A DNA stretch of 64,000 nucleotides from assembly GCA_977020255.1 (NCBI GenBank), contig CDROCS010006029.1, positions 62,001 to 126,000 of the forward strand, written 5' to 3'. A program made the translations under genes and the position numbers. Under the pieces are notes generated by a model, which worked only from the letters and a program-made list of their open reading frames with translations, did no database searches and was not told the origin of the DNA. Numbering within the stretch: position 1 is the stretch's first letter; each line of letters begins with the position of its first letter. The DNA is from Obrimoposthia wandeli (lineage: Eukaryota). Shown here in pieces: positions 63,681 to 64,000 of the stretch.

Positions 63681-64000
63681 CATGAACATTTTTTGATGAT
63701 TTTTTTAACGACTATTACAATTCGGCAACCACAATTGACAGTATTAACGAAATAACACCCACAAAGACACGTTCTTACCGAAACCAAAAGGGCACAGTTT
63801 TTCCATATAAAGAAGCCCAGAGGGTTAAATCCATTGACTGTCCATTCAACTATGGCGATGTAGAGTGGAATGATGACGATTACGATAAAAGCGATATTTG
63901 TGAAATAGTCACTGCCTTTTTATAAGTAGTGGTGCCATTTAAAATATGCGATATTGAGGATTCTTTCTGAATCTTCTGTGTATAATGCGCATGTTATTTT

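Noticed and set aside
61000-63800. Numerous 60-100-aa ORFs in AT-rich DNA (also e.g. 39405, 45029, 47250)
   Set aside because: F/I/K/N/L/Y-biased translations typical of random AT-rich sequence, many with non-ATG starts; not reported as genes.

Overview
AT-rich eukaryotic genomic DNA with short introns; the gene content and TE mix fit a flatworm such as a planarian (inference, not proven). Host genes: three near-identical two-exon LC8 dynein light chain genes (two forming a head-to-head palindrome) plus a pseudogene fragment; intronless UBL5/Hub1; a four-exon calmodulin/myosin-light-chain-like EF-hand gene with a lysine-rich tail (32940-42995, minus); and the 3' exons of a RasGEF (CDC25-domain) gene (minus). 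Most of the rest is decayed mobile DNA. This includes a truncated Polinton/Maverick core (pPolB, adenain-like protease, major and minor capsid, small virion genes; about 23.5-29.3 kb), several Polinton termini of two families, and a 2.25-kb Polinton derivative with a 6-bp TSD in the EF-hand gene intron that carries a nested 562-bp fold-back made almost entirely of terminal repeat. There is also a spliced Ulp1-protease + PHD (Mutator-like) remnant, hAT elements and MITEs with TSDs, Tc1/mariner/pogo, gypsy and BEL remnants, and an LTR-like repeat family with a conserved G-U-containing stem-loop. The most striking signals are the defective or copy-back-like mini-Polintons with folding termini, the spliced AT-hook cargo gene at a Polinton end, and the gene-conversion mosaic among the dynein light chain copies. 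Coordinates of degraded elements are approximate, and all family calls come from motif recognition by eye.
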